This document shows, in pieces, positions 25,466 to 38,605 of a stretch of DNA of 64,000 nt; within the stretch, counting starts at the first letter, position 1, and every line of letters begins with the position of its first letter. Source of the stretch: Lama guanicoe (lineage: Eukaryota); assembly GCA_013239625.1 (NCBI GenBank), contig MU053588.1, forward strand, positions 1,389,988 to 1,453,987. The letters are read 5' to 3'. The translations under genes and the position numbers were made by a program. The notes below the pieces were generated by a model, which searched no databases, had not been told where the DNA came from, and worked only from the letters and a program-made list of their open reading frames with translations.

Positions 25466-27904
25466 ACAGAAATGTGCTTTTCTTATAACCCAATATCTCA
25501 GACCCCAGAGCCAGGACACACAGACTAGAATGTTCACGACAGCTTTTCTCCTAAAAGCTCCAGCCTGGAAAGAATCCAGGTGCCCATCCACTGTAGGTTG
25601 TATAAATAAATTAAAGCAGTCACAGAATGGAATGCCACGTAGCAATAAGAAGGATTTAACTACAAGTAAACACAACAGCCCCGAGGAAACTGAACCGGAG
25701 TTTTGGGTGAAAGATGCCAGTTATAACAAGTCACCTAGACTGTGAGTCCCAGGACAACCTGACATCCTGGGTTGCCGGGGGGCAGTCCTTGTCTACATTT
25801 TGTGTTCCAGCATAATTAAGGTAATTATTAATAGTGACCCCTATTCCTTCCAAAATTTCCTGGTTTGGATGATAAATTATATACTCATACCAGTGGTTCT
25901 ACTCTTAGAAAGTTCACAAACAGGCTAAAATAATATTATCTACAAATGTACACAGGATACTAACATCATATTTAAAAAAAAAAAGCAAAGCAGGGACATG
26001 AGCATCAAAAAAGTCAGAATGCTGGTTCCTGCTGTGGGGAGGGAGAGGGCTATTAATCAGAGAAAGATCTGGGGGCTGGCAATGTTTTCCTTGCTGACCT
26101 GTGTGCTCGTGACATGCTTTATAATTATTTGTTAAACTGTACATATATTTTTCATGTACTTTTCTGTATGATTGTTATATCTCACAATTTAAAAATTCTT
26201 AATGCTATCAACGAACACCACGATTATTTAAGTCCAAGAAGGAAATAGTCTGACGGCATCTTAATGCAACTAATAATTCAAACTTATCAATGCTTTCTTT
26301 GTGTAAGGCGCCCTGGAAGATCCTCTGTGTGCATCATCTCATTCCCTGGAGGCAGTGTTGACATTTCTAGGGCATCACAAGGCTGGCAAGGGACATTGGT
26401 TTGGGGAACTGCTGGCGACAGCCTGTGGAGGAGGTGGCACTGGGGAGAGGTGACACATTGCCAGTTCTACATCAGTCAGCCTGGGATAGCCCCAGCCCCC
26501 CTAACTCCAACTTCTTCATGAACTTGGGCAAATGGCTTTCCATCTCTGAGCATAGATTTCCCCTCCAGAAAATGAGAAGTGCGCAGGTCCACATTTCCTC
26601 TCCACAATCCCCGAATCCAAAAGCTCTGAAAACCAAGTCTTTCCCAGACCTGTTTGGTGGTGGAGCTGACTGGAGCTGATGTAACGTTTTGTTTATCCCA
26701 CTGGGTATGAACATGCATTTCACTGAAGAGATATCCGTGTGTCTGATTACACGATGCTCCCTAGCCCACTAGGGGGTCTCATGTAATGTACAGGATGGGT
26801 TCCCTAGGGCTTGCCTCATATTTAAAAAGTCTGGATTCCCAAACGCATCAGACGCCAAAAGTTTTAGCTAAGATGCTGCAGACTTGTAACTCCCACCTTT
26901 CGGGGTGATGGGGAAATGAAACGCGATCAAGGCTTGGTCCTCAACAAGTGTTAGCTGTCACTGTGAACTTTGTGACAATGATTAGCAGTTAACATCCAGC
27001 TACAGGGAGTCTGTGCCCACACCTCCTTCGGTCAGAATTAAACAGCCACTGAAACCACGACTGCAGGAATGTGTGCCCAGGGCAGACGTGCTGCGGAAGT
27101 AATAGGATGAAACACAGTAGGACACAAAATTTCACCACTGGCCAGATCAGAGCCACTGGGTGAATTCAAAAAAGGAAAAGAAAAGGCCAACTTCAAAATC
27201 TGTCTCTAGACAAAAAGAGGTAGAAGGAAGGGCCCAGTAGCAGTTATGATGTTAAGAACAGTTATTCCTGGTGAGCAGACTATGTAGTTAAGAAAAATCC
27301 TTCACAAAATACTAACAGCTACTGTTAACACGCACTAACTGCTCTCGGCCCGTGAGAAGTGTTGTACAAGATCTCACACAAGTCTCACCAGCAACCCCAT
27401 GGGGTAGGCTCTGTTTTTCAGCTGGGGAAACTGAGGCTTGGAAAAGGGAAGCAACGGACCCAAGGTTACCCAGCAAGCAAGTGGCAGACGGGGGATTTGA
27501 AACTTGGTGTGTTGGACTCCAGGGTTTGTGCCACTGTGCAAGTCTTCAACCCTAGTTTCTAAATTGTCTTAGTTTATTTTCCTCAGATTTTACCATAAAA
27601 ATGTCACCATATAGAAAAGTTGAGAAAATAGTTTAAATGAGTGTATGTTCCATATGACACCTCTATAGGTCTACACTACCGCTTAACCCACCAAGAGAAA
27701 TCCACTCTGCTCTCTAGTATTCAGTCCATGGACACTTTTCCCCATCATCCCAAGGTCTTCTGGAGCTGTTTCTTCCTAACAAAGTTGGGGCTTACACACT
27801 TCTGGGGGTGCTCATGTCTCTTTAAACACTTTTAATCTAAAACACCGCCCCTGCCTTTTCCATTTTTCTTAAAGAGATTATATTGCTTTTTTCAAATCTT
27901 TTTT

Positions 27905-28275
27905 TGGTGGGGAGAGGTAGTTCGATTTCTATATTTATTTATCTTTTAATTTTTAACGGAGGTGCTGGGGATTGAACCCAGGATCTCATAAGCAGATGCT
28001 CTACCACTGAGCTAGATCCTCCCCCCTGCAATTATATTACTTTTATCACAGGAAAAAAAATTAGATAGACTCATTTCTATTTGATTTGTGAACTATATGT
28101 ATAACTTGATTGGATTGAAAAATTAGCATTTAAAAAATATAAAACCTTTATTAAGAAGTTTTTTGGTGGGGGGAATTTTGTCTATTTATTTTTAGAGGAG
28201 GTACCAGGGATTGAACCCAGGACCTCCTGCATGCTAAGCATGCACTCTACCACTTGAGCTATACCCTCCCCCTTT
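27905..28275 (-). mobile_element. Two adjacent tRNA-derived SINEs
   Basis: Copies at about 27905-28028 and 28165-28273. Confidence 0.8.
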
Positions 28276-29249
28276 ATTGAGACTATTTTTAAGCAGATTC
28301 CTCAGCCAAGCCTTACAAAAAGGGGATCAGCAGATTATAATACATATATATATATACACATATATATGTATTTAATGGAACAAGAAACAAGTATACAAAA
28401 ATTATTTTATGTTACAAAAGTGCCTACAGAAACGAAAAGGAATGTTGTGATCATATAGGAAGGATGGAAATTGTGGAGATGATGAAAGCTGTCTCCAACT
28501 ATTTTTAGCAAAGGATTAACAGACATGATCTAAAAGTTGATAAACTAAGACGTAACAATGGAAGAGTTTGCTTTAAAGATTTGCATCTACCAGTGGAATA
28601 AAAAGCAGAAAAAGGATTAAAATGATGCACCACGGATCACAAGTTACTTTTGCCATTTTTGAAGAGTAATTTAATTACAGAATTTTTAACTGGCTGCGTT
28701 AGGGGAGGCGCTGTTTAAAGAACTGTTATATTTCATGCAAAGCTTTGTCCTATTTGTGTCTTATTCTTGTTACTGGGACATTAAAAAAAGTATTATTTCT
28801 TTTAAAAGTAGATTGGTAATACTGCAGTTTTCAAAATAGGGGGTAAAGAGCTGCTGTTTAATGTTGAAGGAACAGGATACGGAGCGGTAATAAATTTTAC
28901 ATAACATTGCAAAAGTTAACTTAGAACAAAACTGAAATTGGGTGGAGCGGCCGCCGCTAAAAACATACTGTGCCCAAGTTGCTAAATCAAGAAACGGTGC
29001 CCTAAGATCTTCTGATTCACATTTTTTTTTTCCTGCCAGCCAGAGGAAACAAAATCCAGAACTGGTAAAAAGGAATCTGGCCTTTCACCCGCTGCTGTGA
29101 ACACGTGTTGATCGGGTACGTATTGGAGGGGGATTTATTTAATGGTGGCCTCCACAGACCAGCAGCCGGGCGGAGAGGCGTGGGTGGGCTTTAAAGGATC
29201 AGTTTTACCAAAGCCACTTCGTACGATCTGAGGCTTTCAAATGTTCATT

Positions 29250-30220
29250 TGTTTAACTATGGACTTAAAGGGGCAGAAGTTGGCTGGAGCAGCCTACGAC
29301 TGGAGGAGGGCTGGCGAAGGGGCGCTGGGCACAGGACTCCCGGGACATGCCCCTCCCGGCAGGGCCTGGGGCGGAAATCGTTCCCGGGGCGCCCCAGCTG
29401 CGAGTGGGAACAGGACGCGGGTCCGGACCTGGGTCCCTACCTGTCCCGGCGCTCACCTGGAGGCCTGCTTGGAGGCGGCAGCGGGCTTAGGATCCTCTTC
29501 CCACCCTGCTCTGGGAGGCAGTCGGGGGGCTCCCCGGGATCCGCCCGGCCCAGGGAGCCCCGGGACAGGCTCTCTGGGTAGGCTGTCCTCTCCCGGGGGT
29601 GGTGGCTGAAGTCTGGCGCCGGGGGCGGGCGGCTGGGAGATCCGGCGGGCGGGCGGCAGCGCTGGGCCAGAGGCAGGGAGGGGCGGGGTCTGGGAGGCTG
29701 CAGGCGCCGGGGGGAGGGCCCAGCTGCCCAGGGCTGACGCGGAGGGGACCCAGCCCCCGAGCTCTTGGATCTGGGGCCCGCTCCTCGGAGAGTCTACGCT
29801 TTCTCCACGTGGTTACTTGCTGCTCAGGCGCCCCGCCTGGGTCAGGAGACCCACGTTCCCCGGTGCTCACCGCAGGCTCCTCCAAAGGGCGAGTTCCACC
29901 TCCTGCGCTGGGACCGGTCCTAGCTGCCCCCTCCCCCCAAATCCCGTCATTCTTTCTTATTGCAGCCACCTGCCTACAGTCGCCTCGGCCGTTCAAAACA
30001 TCTCCCACCATCTGTCCACCACTAGTAAACGACTGAGCAGTGACTCTGACCCCGGGCCTGGTGTGAAACACTAGAAGTTTCGGTCTGCAGGGATTCTCTC
30101 GAATTTACATTGTGTCCCCAGAGTAGTGTCTTAGAGGTCCAGGCCTGTTCTTAAATCGACTTTCTCTGACACCTGTAATCCCTTGCGGCGCTGGGCGCTC
30201 CTGCATTAGAAATCCGCCCC
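29250..30220 (-). promoter_or_regulatory. CpG island, probable FBXO17 distal promoter and non-coding exon 1
   Basis: Very GC/CpG-rich with GC boxes; minus-strand donor CAG|gtgagc at 29457/29456 and a second GCG|gtgagc at 29871/29870. Confidence 0.6.
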
Positions 30221-31749
30221 TCCCCTAAATTACAGACAGGAAATTAATCCGAGATTCATAGTAACGATGGGGCCACGATCCATTTCTCCCTTGACCCCCG
30301 CCCTTAGGCCTTCACAGTTATTTTTTGTTTTTTTGGTTTTTGTTTTTCTGATTGCCCTAGACTGCCCAAGGGACCTCAAGGACTGAGACCTTAGACATCC
30401 CAGAGCCAATCTTCTGCACTCCAGGCCTCCCACACCCTAGGAAATAGTTGCCAGTCCCAGTTACCCCAGCGCTCACTTATCGCAGGCACTGTGCTAAATG
30501 CTTTATATGCGATACTCCATGGATGCCTCTCCTGAGAAACTGAGGCCCAGAGATACGGAGTCAATGCACGAGGTTCAAGTTCTTGCTTAGGGGTCAGACA
30601 AGAAAGGGTTTCAGCATGGCTTCCCCAGGTCCCCCTCCGCTGGAAACCTCAGAAAGGCACCACAGCGCCATCGTGAGGACGGCATGAGATCCTGCGCATG
30701 TAGCGCCCAGCAAATGTTACCTCTCATTTTTGGTACCATCCACCTTTCGAAGCATTTTCTGTTGGGCGTTGTAAAATTATCGTATTATTGGTAGCAATTT
30801 TAGTATAGATCCTCACAAAGTCTCTTATCTGAAAGGCTTGGGACTAGATGTCTTGGATTCCAGATTTTTATTTTATTTTTTTAATTTTAGAAGGCAGTAG
30901 AATGCGTAACACTATAGTGTTCCGCAGTACTCCCAGCCAGGGTCAGGGCAGCACTCCATGATCACGGTATTTCTGCTTCAAAGCATGTGTAGAGAGAAAA
31001 ACACACTTAGTGGAATGGTTATAAATACTTGATGTCGATTCAGGCAGATCTTACTGCTTAAAGAGTTTGGGGCCTAAATTGTGAAGAAAGTTTCTGGATA
31101 GGAAACTGTAGCAATGCTTTTTTTTTTTTTTTTGATACCATTATCAAAATAGATACAGTGAACCAGATGCAGACTGCATAGATTATGTAGGTCTACAGGC
31201 ACTAAACAATTTATTTCAACGCATAATACCAGTTTATTACAGATAAATTAGAAAGAACACCAAAAAAAAGAGAGAGAGAGAGAGAAAGAAAAGTTAAAAG
31301 AAAAAAGAATCAAGAAAGAACACAGGGCGTCCCCAATAAAATACTTGGATGATCAAAGGATGTTAAAACCATTGGTAAAAGGTTGCTGGAGAACAGTTCA
31401 GAATTGTTACCCAACAGATGACTTACTCATTACAGAGGGGAAGAATGTACCTACCTAGAGGGGGGAGGTGGGTTTTGGCAGACACTCTCTTAACCAAGTG
31501 ATCAAACAATATCCCCAGTAGAGGGGCAGAGTGACTTCAAGAGTCTCTTAATGTGACACTACAGGAAGTCCGCAAAACTGCCTGTGCAGAATTCTTGTTA
31601 AAAAAAAAAAAGAGTTAAACCTATTTATTAATGAGAAAATAATCAGTAGTGAACATTGGGGCTATACCTAAGATAACTGACCGGGACTCTTCAAAAAAGC
31701 CAACATGAAAAACCAAAAAAGAGACCAAAGAGGCCTAACAACCAGACAC

Positions 31750-32120
31750 AGGGCGTCCACCTTGACTGGGGCCCGATCTGGCCATTTCTTTTGGGCGCTG
31801 TCTTGCTCGGGGCCGATTTTCTTTTCCCGGCTGGTGAGCTTGCTTGTTGCTCGCCATTCTCAACTGAGAGACGAGGCTGGTGTCTGGAGGTGAGGGGAGC
31901 GTGCTTCCTGTTATAAATATTGGCCTGCTCTCCCCGCCGGCCGCGGCCTGAATGGGAGCTCTGTGTCGGGGTGCGCGGCTTGCCGCCCCGCGGGCCTCAC
32001 GTGTGAGTGGGGGCGGGGCCAGGAGCCCCACTTCCGGCTGCCCCTCCCCCTCCCTCTTCCACAAGTGCCAGAATACTGCTGGCTTTTTCCAGAAGCCGGC
32101 ACCTAGCCTAGTTAGCACCG
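31750..32120 (-). promoter_or_regulatory. Small CpG island with ETS, GC-box, E-box, CCAAT and TATA-like motifs
   Basis: CACTTCCGG near 32029, GGGGCGGGGC near 32010, CACGTG near 31998, ATTGG at 31919, TTATAAA at 31911. Confidence 0.5.
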
Positions 32121-32436
32121 CAAGCTGGCAGAGAGCTGGATCTCTTTAGGGAACCACCCTTTGATTCTTGTTTTATTGCCCATGAAGTTTGGATGGCCTG
32201 TGCCCTAGGGGACAGGGGAGGCGAAGGTACAGGAAGCAAGGACAGACTGTTATGGGAGCCTTGGCTATCTTTTCCCACTCCTGCCTGCTCCCTACAATCC
32301 GCGTGGTGCTGGGCTCCCTCTTCCCTGCCGCCCTCTCCTGAATGCAGTGACCTCTTCACCCCGCTTCATGCCCCCAGGCTTCTACCCGGTTTGTCTGCCA
32401 GAAGCGTGTTGGAATCTCTCAGGTGTGGATGTCTCT

Positions 32437-32840
32437 GTGGTAGGCTGAATAATGACCCCTGAAAGATGCCCATGCCCTTTATCCTTGGAACATGTGAATG
32501 TTATCTAAGGTGGCCAAAAAATATTTTGCAGATGTGATTGAGTTAAGGACCTTGAGCTGGAGAAACTAGCCAGCATTATCTGGATGGGTTGTGAACAACG
32601 GTCCCCATGGTCCTTATAAAAGGGAGATCGGAGGAGTCAGTCAGAGGGAGGGCAGTGTGATGGCAGAAACAGAGATGGGAGTGAGGAGCTCTGAAGATGG
32701 AGGAAGGGGCCACAAGCCCAGAATAACGGGACCATAAGCCTACTAGTAGCTGCAAAAGGCAAGGACACAGATTCTCCACTCAGCACCTCCAGAAGGAATC
32801 AGTCCTGCCAACACCTAGACTTTAGCCCAGTGAAACAGAT
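32437..32840 (+). mobile_element. MaLR (MLT1-like) LTR
   Basis: tgtggtaggctgaataatgacc...gcagatgtgattgagttaagga...ctgccaacacctagactttagcccagtgaaac. Confidence 0.75.
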
Positions 32841-32849
32841 TTTTTTAAG

Positions 32850-32947
32850 GTTTGTTTGTTTGTTTGTTTAATGGAAGTATTGGGGACTGAACCCAGGACT
32901 CATGCATGCTAAGCATGTGCTCTACCACTGAGCTACACCCTCCCCCT
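32850..32947 (-). mobile_element. tRNA-derived SINE
   Basis: Same consensus. Confidence 0.8.
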
Positions 32948-33224
32948 GACACTTTGCTTTTATCATTTAAAATATGGTTTTTTTCATTTAATATATTTTT
33001 GAGGATTTTTCCATATTATTACAGAGAGCTTCCTTATTTATTTATTTTTTGTATGGTTATACCTGATGTTTTTCTCTTGTCCTTTCCTGATGGAACTATA
33101 GGGTATTTCTAATATTTTGTTATTTCAAACAGCACTGCCGTGCACCACGTGTGTCATCATAGTAGACATTTCTAAAAGCGGCTTGGCCGGGTCACAAGAT
33201 ATGTGCACGGCTATAATTTTAAAA

Positions 33225-33900
33225 AGGAATGATAACAAATGTGGCTGAGGGTGTGGGGGAAATTGAAACCCTCCTACACTGCTGCTGGGGAAAATGTAAA
33301 ATGGTGCAGCTGCTTTGGACAACAGCCTGACTGTTTCTCAAAAAGCTGAACGTAGAGTTCCCGTAAGACCTGCAGTTCCACTCCTAGGTAGATACTGTAG
33401 GGAAATGAAAATGTATGTCGGTGCAAACACTTGTACACAAGTGTTTATAGCAGGATTATTCATAGCATCCAAAAGATGAAAACAAGCTCAATGTCCATAA
33501 ACGAATGAACAGATAAACAGAATGTGATGTATCTGTACAATGGAATTATTGGAATGGGATTATTTTGCCAGAAAAAGGAATGAAGTACTGATATATTCTA
33601 CCACATGGATGGGCCTTGAAATCATTATAAGTCAAAGGAGCCACACACTTAAGGCCACATGATGTACTGATTCCATTTATTTGGGAATGACCAGAATAAG
33701 CAAATTTACAGAGGCAGACAGTAGACTAGTGGTTGCCAGGGGCTGGGGGAACTGCAGACAATGGGGTGATGATAATATTCTGGAATTAGATAGTGGTGGT
33801 GATTACACAACATTGTCAATATCCTAGAAATCCCAGACTCACACCCTTTAAAATGATTCATTGTTTTGTTATGTTAATTATATCTCAATAAAAAACACGC
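33225..33900 (+). mobile_element. Old L1 (L1M-type) 3' fragment
   Basis: ggaaattgaaaccctc...aaatggtgcagctgctttgg...tatctcaataaaaa. Confidence 0.8.
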
Positions 33901-34704
33901 TACTTAAAAAAAGGTATGAGCATAAGATTTCGTCAGTGACTGCAGAATTACCCATGACTCACCAGTAATATATTCGAGCGGACATTTTTCCATGCTGCTG
34001 GATTTGCCAACATCTGTGGGACTTCTGTATGGACAAGAATACTAACTATGTTATAACTTGTTCTTTGATAAAATCGTTAAACAGTTATTCTCCTATATCA
34101 GATTTCCCTAACCATTTATATTCAAACACTCCTTCCAAATGCAGTCACTTAAGCCCACCACAAGTCTGATATCAGATGACTGCAAATGTTGTAAATACTG
34201 TGACAAATAGACAAGGCAGTCGTGTGATATGATAATGATTATAAAACTAATTACTTGTGATGACACACGTCACAAATGTGCTGACACCATGGGTTTGAAT
34301 TTGTTTATGATGGCTGTTGCAATTTGTTTTCCTTCCCGCTGGGAGTAAGATTTTACTCACCCAGTGTAAAGAGTCAGGGTTACTGCCTCAAAGCTACTGA
34401 GGTTTGGGGTGTAGGTGGAGTCAGTTTCAGGATGGCCAATGATTCAGGACCAGTGAGGAGATGGGGGAGCACCCAACACGGCAGCCCACCGACGTGGTTG
34501 TTCCTCAGAACTGTCCACGGGATAGGTTCTGAACAAGCAGACAGGTTTCATTGATGGCTCTGGTCACGCTCCCACCCCCGCAGAGTCACGAGTTTTGACA
34601 TCTTCTTAGATAGTGCAGGCTGCCACTCTTTGTTCTGAGCAGGACCTGTTTCCATCCAGTTAAATTTGAAGCCTTTTGTCAGTGTGGCTTAATAAAACCC
34701 CAGC

Positions 34705-35490
34705 TTTTTTTTTAAACATTTTTTTTATTGAGTTATAGTCATTTTACAATGTTGTGCCAATTTTTTTTATTGTGTTAAAAAATATATAACACAAAATCTG
34801 CCAATTTAGCCCCCTTTAAGTGGCATTAGTTGCAGTCCTAATGCTTTGCAACCATCACTGTTCTCTATTTCCCCAATTTTTCATCACTTCAAACAGAAAG
34901 TCTGTACCCATTAAGTAGTAATTCTTCCTCCCTCCTACCCCGAGTCACTGGGGACCTCTAAACTCCTTTCTGTCTCTATGAATTTGCCTATTCTATGTAT
35001 TTCATATTAGTAGAATCATACAGTATTTGTTCTTTTGTGTCTGGCTTATTTCACTCTGCATACTGTTTTCAAGGTTTGTCTTGAAGAGAGTGCATCCATA
35101 CTGCATTCTTTTCATGGCTGAATAGTATTCCACTGGCTGGATATAATTCCTTTTGGTTATCCCTTCATCAGTTAATGGATGTTTGGTTGGTATCTGCTTT
35201 TTGGCTATTGTAGATAAAGTTGCTATGAACATTCACCCACAAGTATCTGCTTGAGTCCCTGTTTCCAGTTCTTTGGGGTATGAACCTAGGAATGGAATTG
35301 CTGGGTCATACAGTTATAGTAATTCTACATTTAATTTTTTGAGAACCAACCAATCAGTTTCCTACAGTGGCTGCACCATTTTACATTCCCACCAGCAATG
35401 TATGATGGTTCCAATTTCTCTACATCCTCGCCAACACTTCTTTTCCATTTTTTACTATTATTACGGCCACCCTAGTAGGTGTGAAGTGGT
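34705..35490 (-). mobile_element. L1 3' fragments
   Basis: gaatggaattgctgggtcata...ttacattcccaccagcaatgtatga. Confidence 0.8.
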
Positions 35491-35584
35491 ATACAGCCCC
35501 AGCTTTTGTTCTCAACCATCAAGATGTGAGATGTTAAACCCCTACGTGTTTGCCAATTCAGTGTGTTATCAAATGTTTTAAATC

Positions 35585-35715
35585 TGGGGTGGAGCTAAAC
35601 CACATGCTTAGCATGCATGAGGGTTCAATCCCCAGTACCGCCATTTTAAAAGTAAGTAAATAAATGAGTAAACCTGATTACCTGCCCCCTCTGCCAAAAT
35701 AAAATAAAATAAGAT
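35585..35715 (+). mobile_element. tRNA-derived SINE (internally deleted)
   Basis: Partial consensus: CATGCTTAGCATGCATGAGGGTTCAATCCCCAGTACC. Confidence 0.7.
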
Positions 35716-36399
35716 TAATTCTTTAAATCTTTGCCTAAGACGTGAAAAATGGTAACTCATCCAGTCTTATTTTGCATTTCTCTTCTGATGAGAAAGTCGA
35801 TCATCATTTCTTCTGTTTAAGAGTCGCTTACATTTCTTTTCTCCCATGATTTGTCTGTTCATCAACCTTTGCCTACTTTCCTGTGGTTACTGGTCATGTG
35901 GTGTGTTTTAAAAATGGTGCGTTTGTTGCAAACACTGGAAAACCGCAGGGGTGATGTCACAGAAGAACCTAATTTCCCAGCTTCTCTTGGAAATGGAAAG
36001 GCTTCCATTTCCCGGCCTGCACTCTCAGATGCAGGGAGGGGCTGTCAGAGAGGCTGCTCTGAGGGCTACACGGTCCCCCACCTGCATTCTGCTCTGCCTG
36101 GAACCATCACCTGTCACATGACCTGCCTGGCCCCGTGGGCATGTGCGATGACAGCTCCTGAGATCATCCTTTCCAAGCACTCAGCCTAGAGCCTGGCCCT
36201 GCAGACAACTGTTGGAGGAGGAACGAAATCTCAAAAACAAGCCTGGCCAGCTTCGTCTTAGTGATGCCGGCTAAGAGACCAGTTAATAAATTAGAAACAC
36301 ATCTGCATGGGGATGATGTGCCAATTTGGATGGCAAAGAGTTAAAATGAAAGCACATTTCTGATAAGAAAATAGGAGCAGGAAAGGAAAGTTGCAGGTG

Positions 36400-36901
36400 G
36401 TGGGGATCAGGACACACTACCCCCAAATACGACCCCTTGGTAGACTGAATAGTTTAAGCTGAAGGAGTCTGAGAAAACAGAAGCCGAGTGATCACTCTGA
36501 CCTCCTCCCCTCTTTGCCCTTCTTCCCCAAAACACGCCATAAAGCCCTTCTGTGAGAGGTGCCCTCCCCACGCCTTAGAAAAGGAGCATCCTTATGTCTG
36601 AGGACAAAGGGAGAACACGAAGAATTCTAACAAGCAGAACTTGCTAAGTCTCCCCAGTTTACTCCAATCACCTCACACTCCTGAACCCGTCCTGTTCCTC
36701 CATGCCCACCCTCTCTTTGTCACACTGAGCATAAGAATCCACCCGTCTGCCTCTCTGGGGCATCATTTCCTTATGATGGCGGCTGGGTCACAGAAAACTT
36801 AAATCAACTGTGGGCTTTTCTCCTGTTGACCTGTCCTTGTCAGTTTAATTTTCAGACTGGGGACCCTCTTAGGGTCAAGGAAAATTTTTTCCTCCCCGAC
36901 A
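36400..36901 (+). mobile_element. Solo ERV LTR
   Basis: tggggatcaggacacactacccccaaata...tttttcctccccgaca, with LTR-like termini. Confidence 0.55.
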
Positions 36902-37289
36902 CAAGAAACCCATTTTGGGGAACGTGGGGCACAAAAAATATAGACAGAGGTAAAAGGATAGGTCTAGGGGTAGGTAAAGATGTAGGTGTAAGTATAGGCA
37001 CACGTGCTCAGGTTCAGATACAGACAGAAACACACACACAGATCTGTAAGTACACACATGGAGTAAACACCGAGAAAGTAATCTCAGTGCACACACCACC
37101 CGGAGAGAACGTGTCTGCACAGCCTGGGCCGGGTTGGCTTCTTTACTGGTAGAAGTGTGGGTGCCCATGTCATTGCTGTGGGTAGTTGGCGCTGGAGTTT
37201 GTAAGGCCGCCAAAGTATCACGTGTCCATCCTCTCCCTCCCTCTGCCCCACACAAATCCCCCAACGTCATCTCCCTGGAGGATCATCTA

Positions 37290-38605
37290 TGGCCGCTGGA
37301 ACAAACTGCCACAAATTTAGTGGTTTAAAACAACACATATTATGGCCATCATTCAAAAGTCCATAAATGACAAATGCTGGAGAGGCTGTGGAGAGAAGGG
37401 AACCCTCCTACACTGCTGGTGGGAATGCAGTTTGGTGCAGCCACAGTGGAAAACAGTATGGAGATTCCTCAAAAGACTAGGAATAGACTTACCACATGAC
37501 CCAGGAATCCCACTCCTGGGCATATATTCAGAAGGAACAAAAAAGACACCCCCAAATTCATAGCAGCACTATTTACAATAGCCAAGACATGGAAACAGCC
37601 TAAATGTCCATCAACAGATGACTGGATAAAGAAGATGTGGTATATTTATACAATGGAATACTATTCAGCCATAAACACCAACAACATAACACCATTTGTA
37701 GCAACATGGATGTTCCTGGAGAATGATATTCTAAGTGAAGTAAGCCAGAAAGATAAAGAAAAATACCATATGAGATCTCTCATATGTGGAATCTAAAAAA
37801 GAAAAAATAGAGAACATAAATACAAAACAGCAACGGACTCATAGACATAGAAAACAAACTTGTGGTTGCCAAGGGGGTGGGGGGTGGGAAGGGACAGACT
37901 GGGATTTCAAAATGTAGAATAGATAAACAAGATTATACTGCATAGCACAGGGGAATATATACAAGATCTTGTGGTAGCTCACAGGGAAAAAAAGTGACAA
38001 TGAATATATGTATGTTCATATATAACTGAAAAATTGTGCTCTACACTGGAATTTGACACAACATTGTAAAATGACCATTACTCAATGAAAAAAGTTTAAA
38101 AAATAAAATAAATACATATATACATACATATGTACATACTGATTAAAGGGAATAAAATAAAATAAAATTACATAACAATGATAAAAAATAAAATAAAACA
38201 ACACGTATTTCTTCTTCTAGAGTTCTGGAGGTCAGAAGTCCAATGTCATCTTCATTGGGCTAGAGTCAAGACATTGGCGGGGCTGCCTTCCTTCTGGAGG
38301 CTCTAGGGGAGAATCTGGGGTTTTTTGCCTCTTCCAGCTTCTAGCAGCTGCCAGCACCCTTTGGCTTGTGGTTGCATCACTCCAACCTCAGTTTCCTTCA
38401 TCGTACTGCCTTCTACTTTTCTGCAGTCTAATCTCCCTCTGCCTCCCTCCTTATAAGGACACTTTGAGGGCCCTCTTGGATAACTGAGGATAATCTCCCC
38501 ATCTCAAGACCCCGTAAAGCCCCTTTTGCCATAGGAAATAACATTTACAAATTCCAGGCATGAGGACCTAAATAATTTGGGAGCTGTTTATTCAGACTAC
38601 CACAA
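37290..38605 (-). mobile_element. MaLR (MLT1-like) LTR interrupted by the L1
   Basis: ...ccacaaatttagtggtttaaaacaacac / agttctggaggtcagaagtcc...cagactaccaca, typical MLT1 motifs. Confidence 0.7.
37342..38193 (+). mobile_element. 5'-truncated young L1 (ORF2 C-terminus, 3' UTR, A-rich tail) with 16-bp TSD
   Basis: [29 protein letters not shown]... is the L1 ORF2 Cys-rich end; TSD TAAAACAACACATATT (37326-37341) / TAAAACAACACGTATT (38194-38209). Confidence 0.9.
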
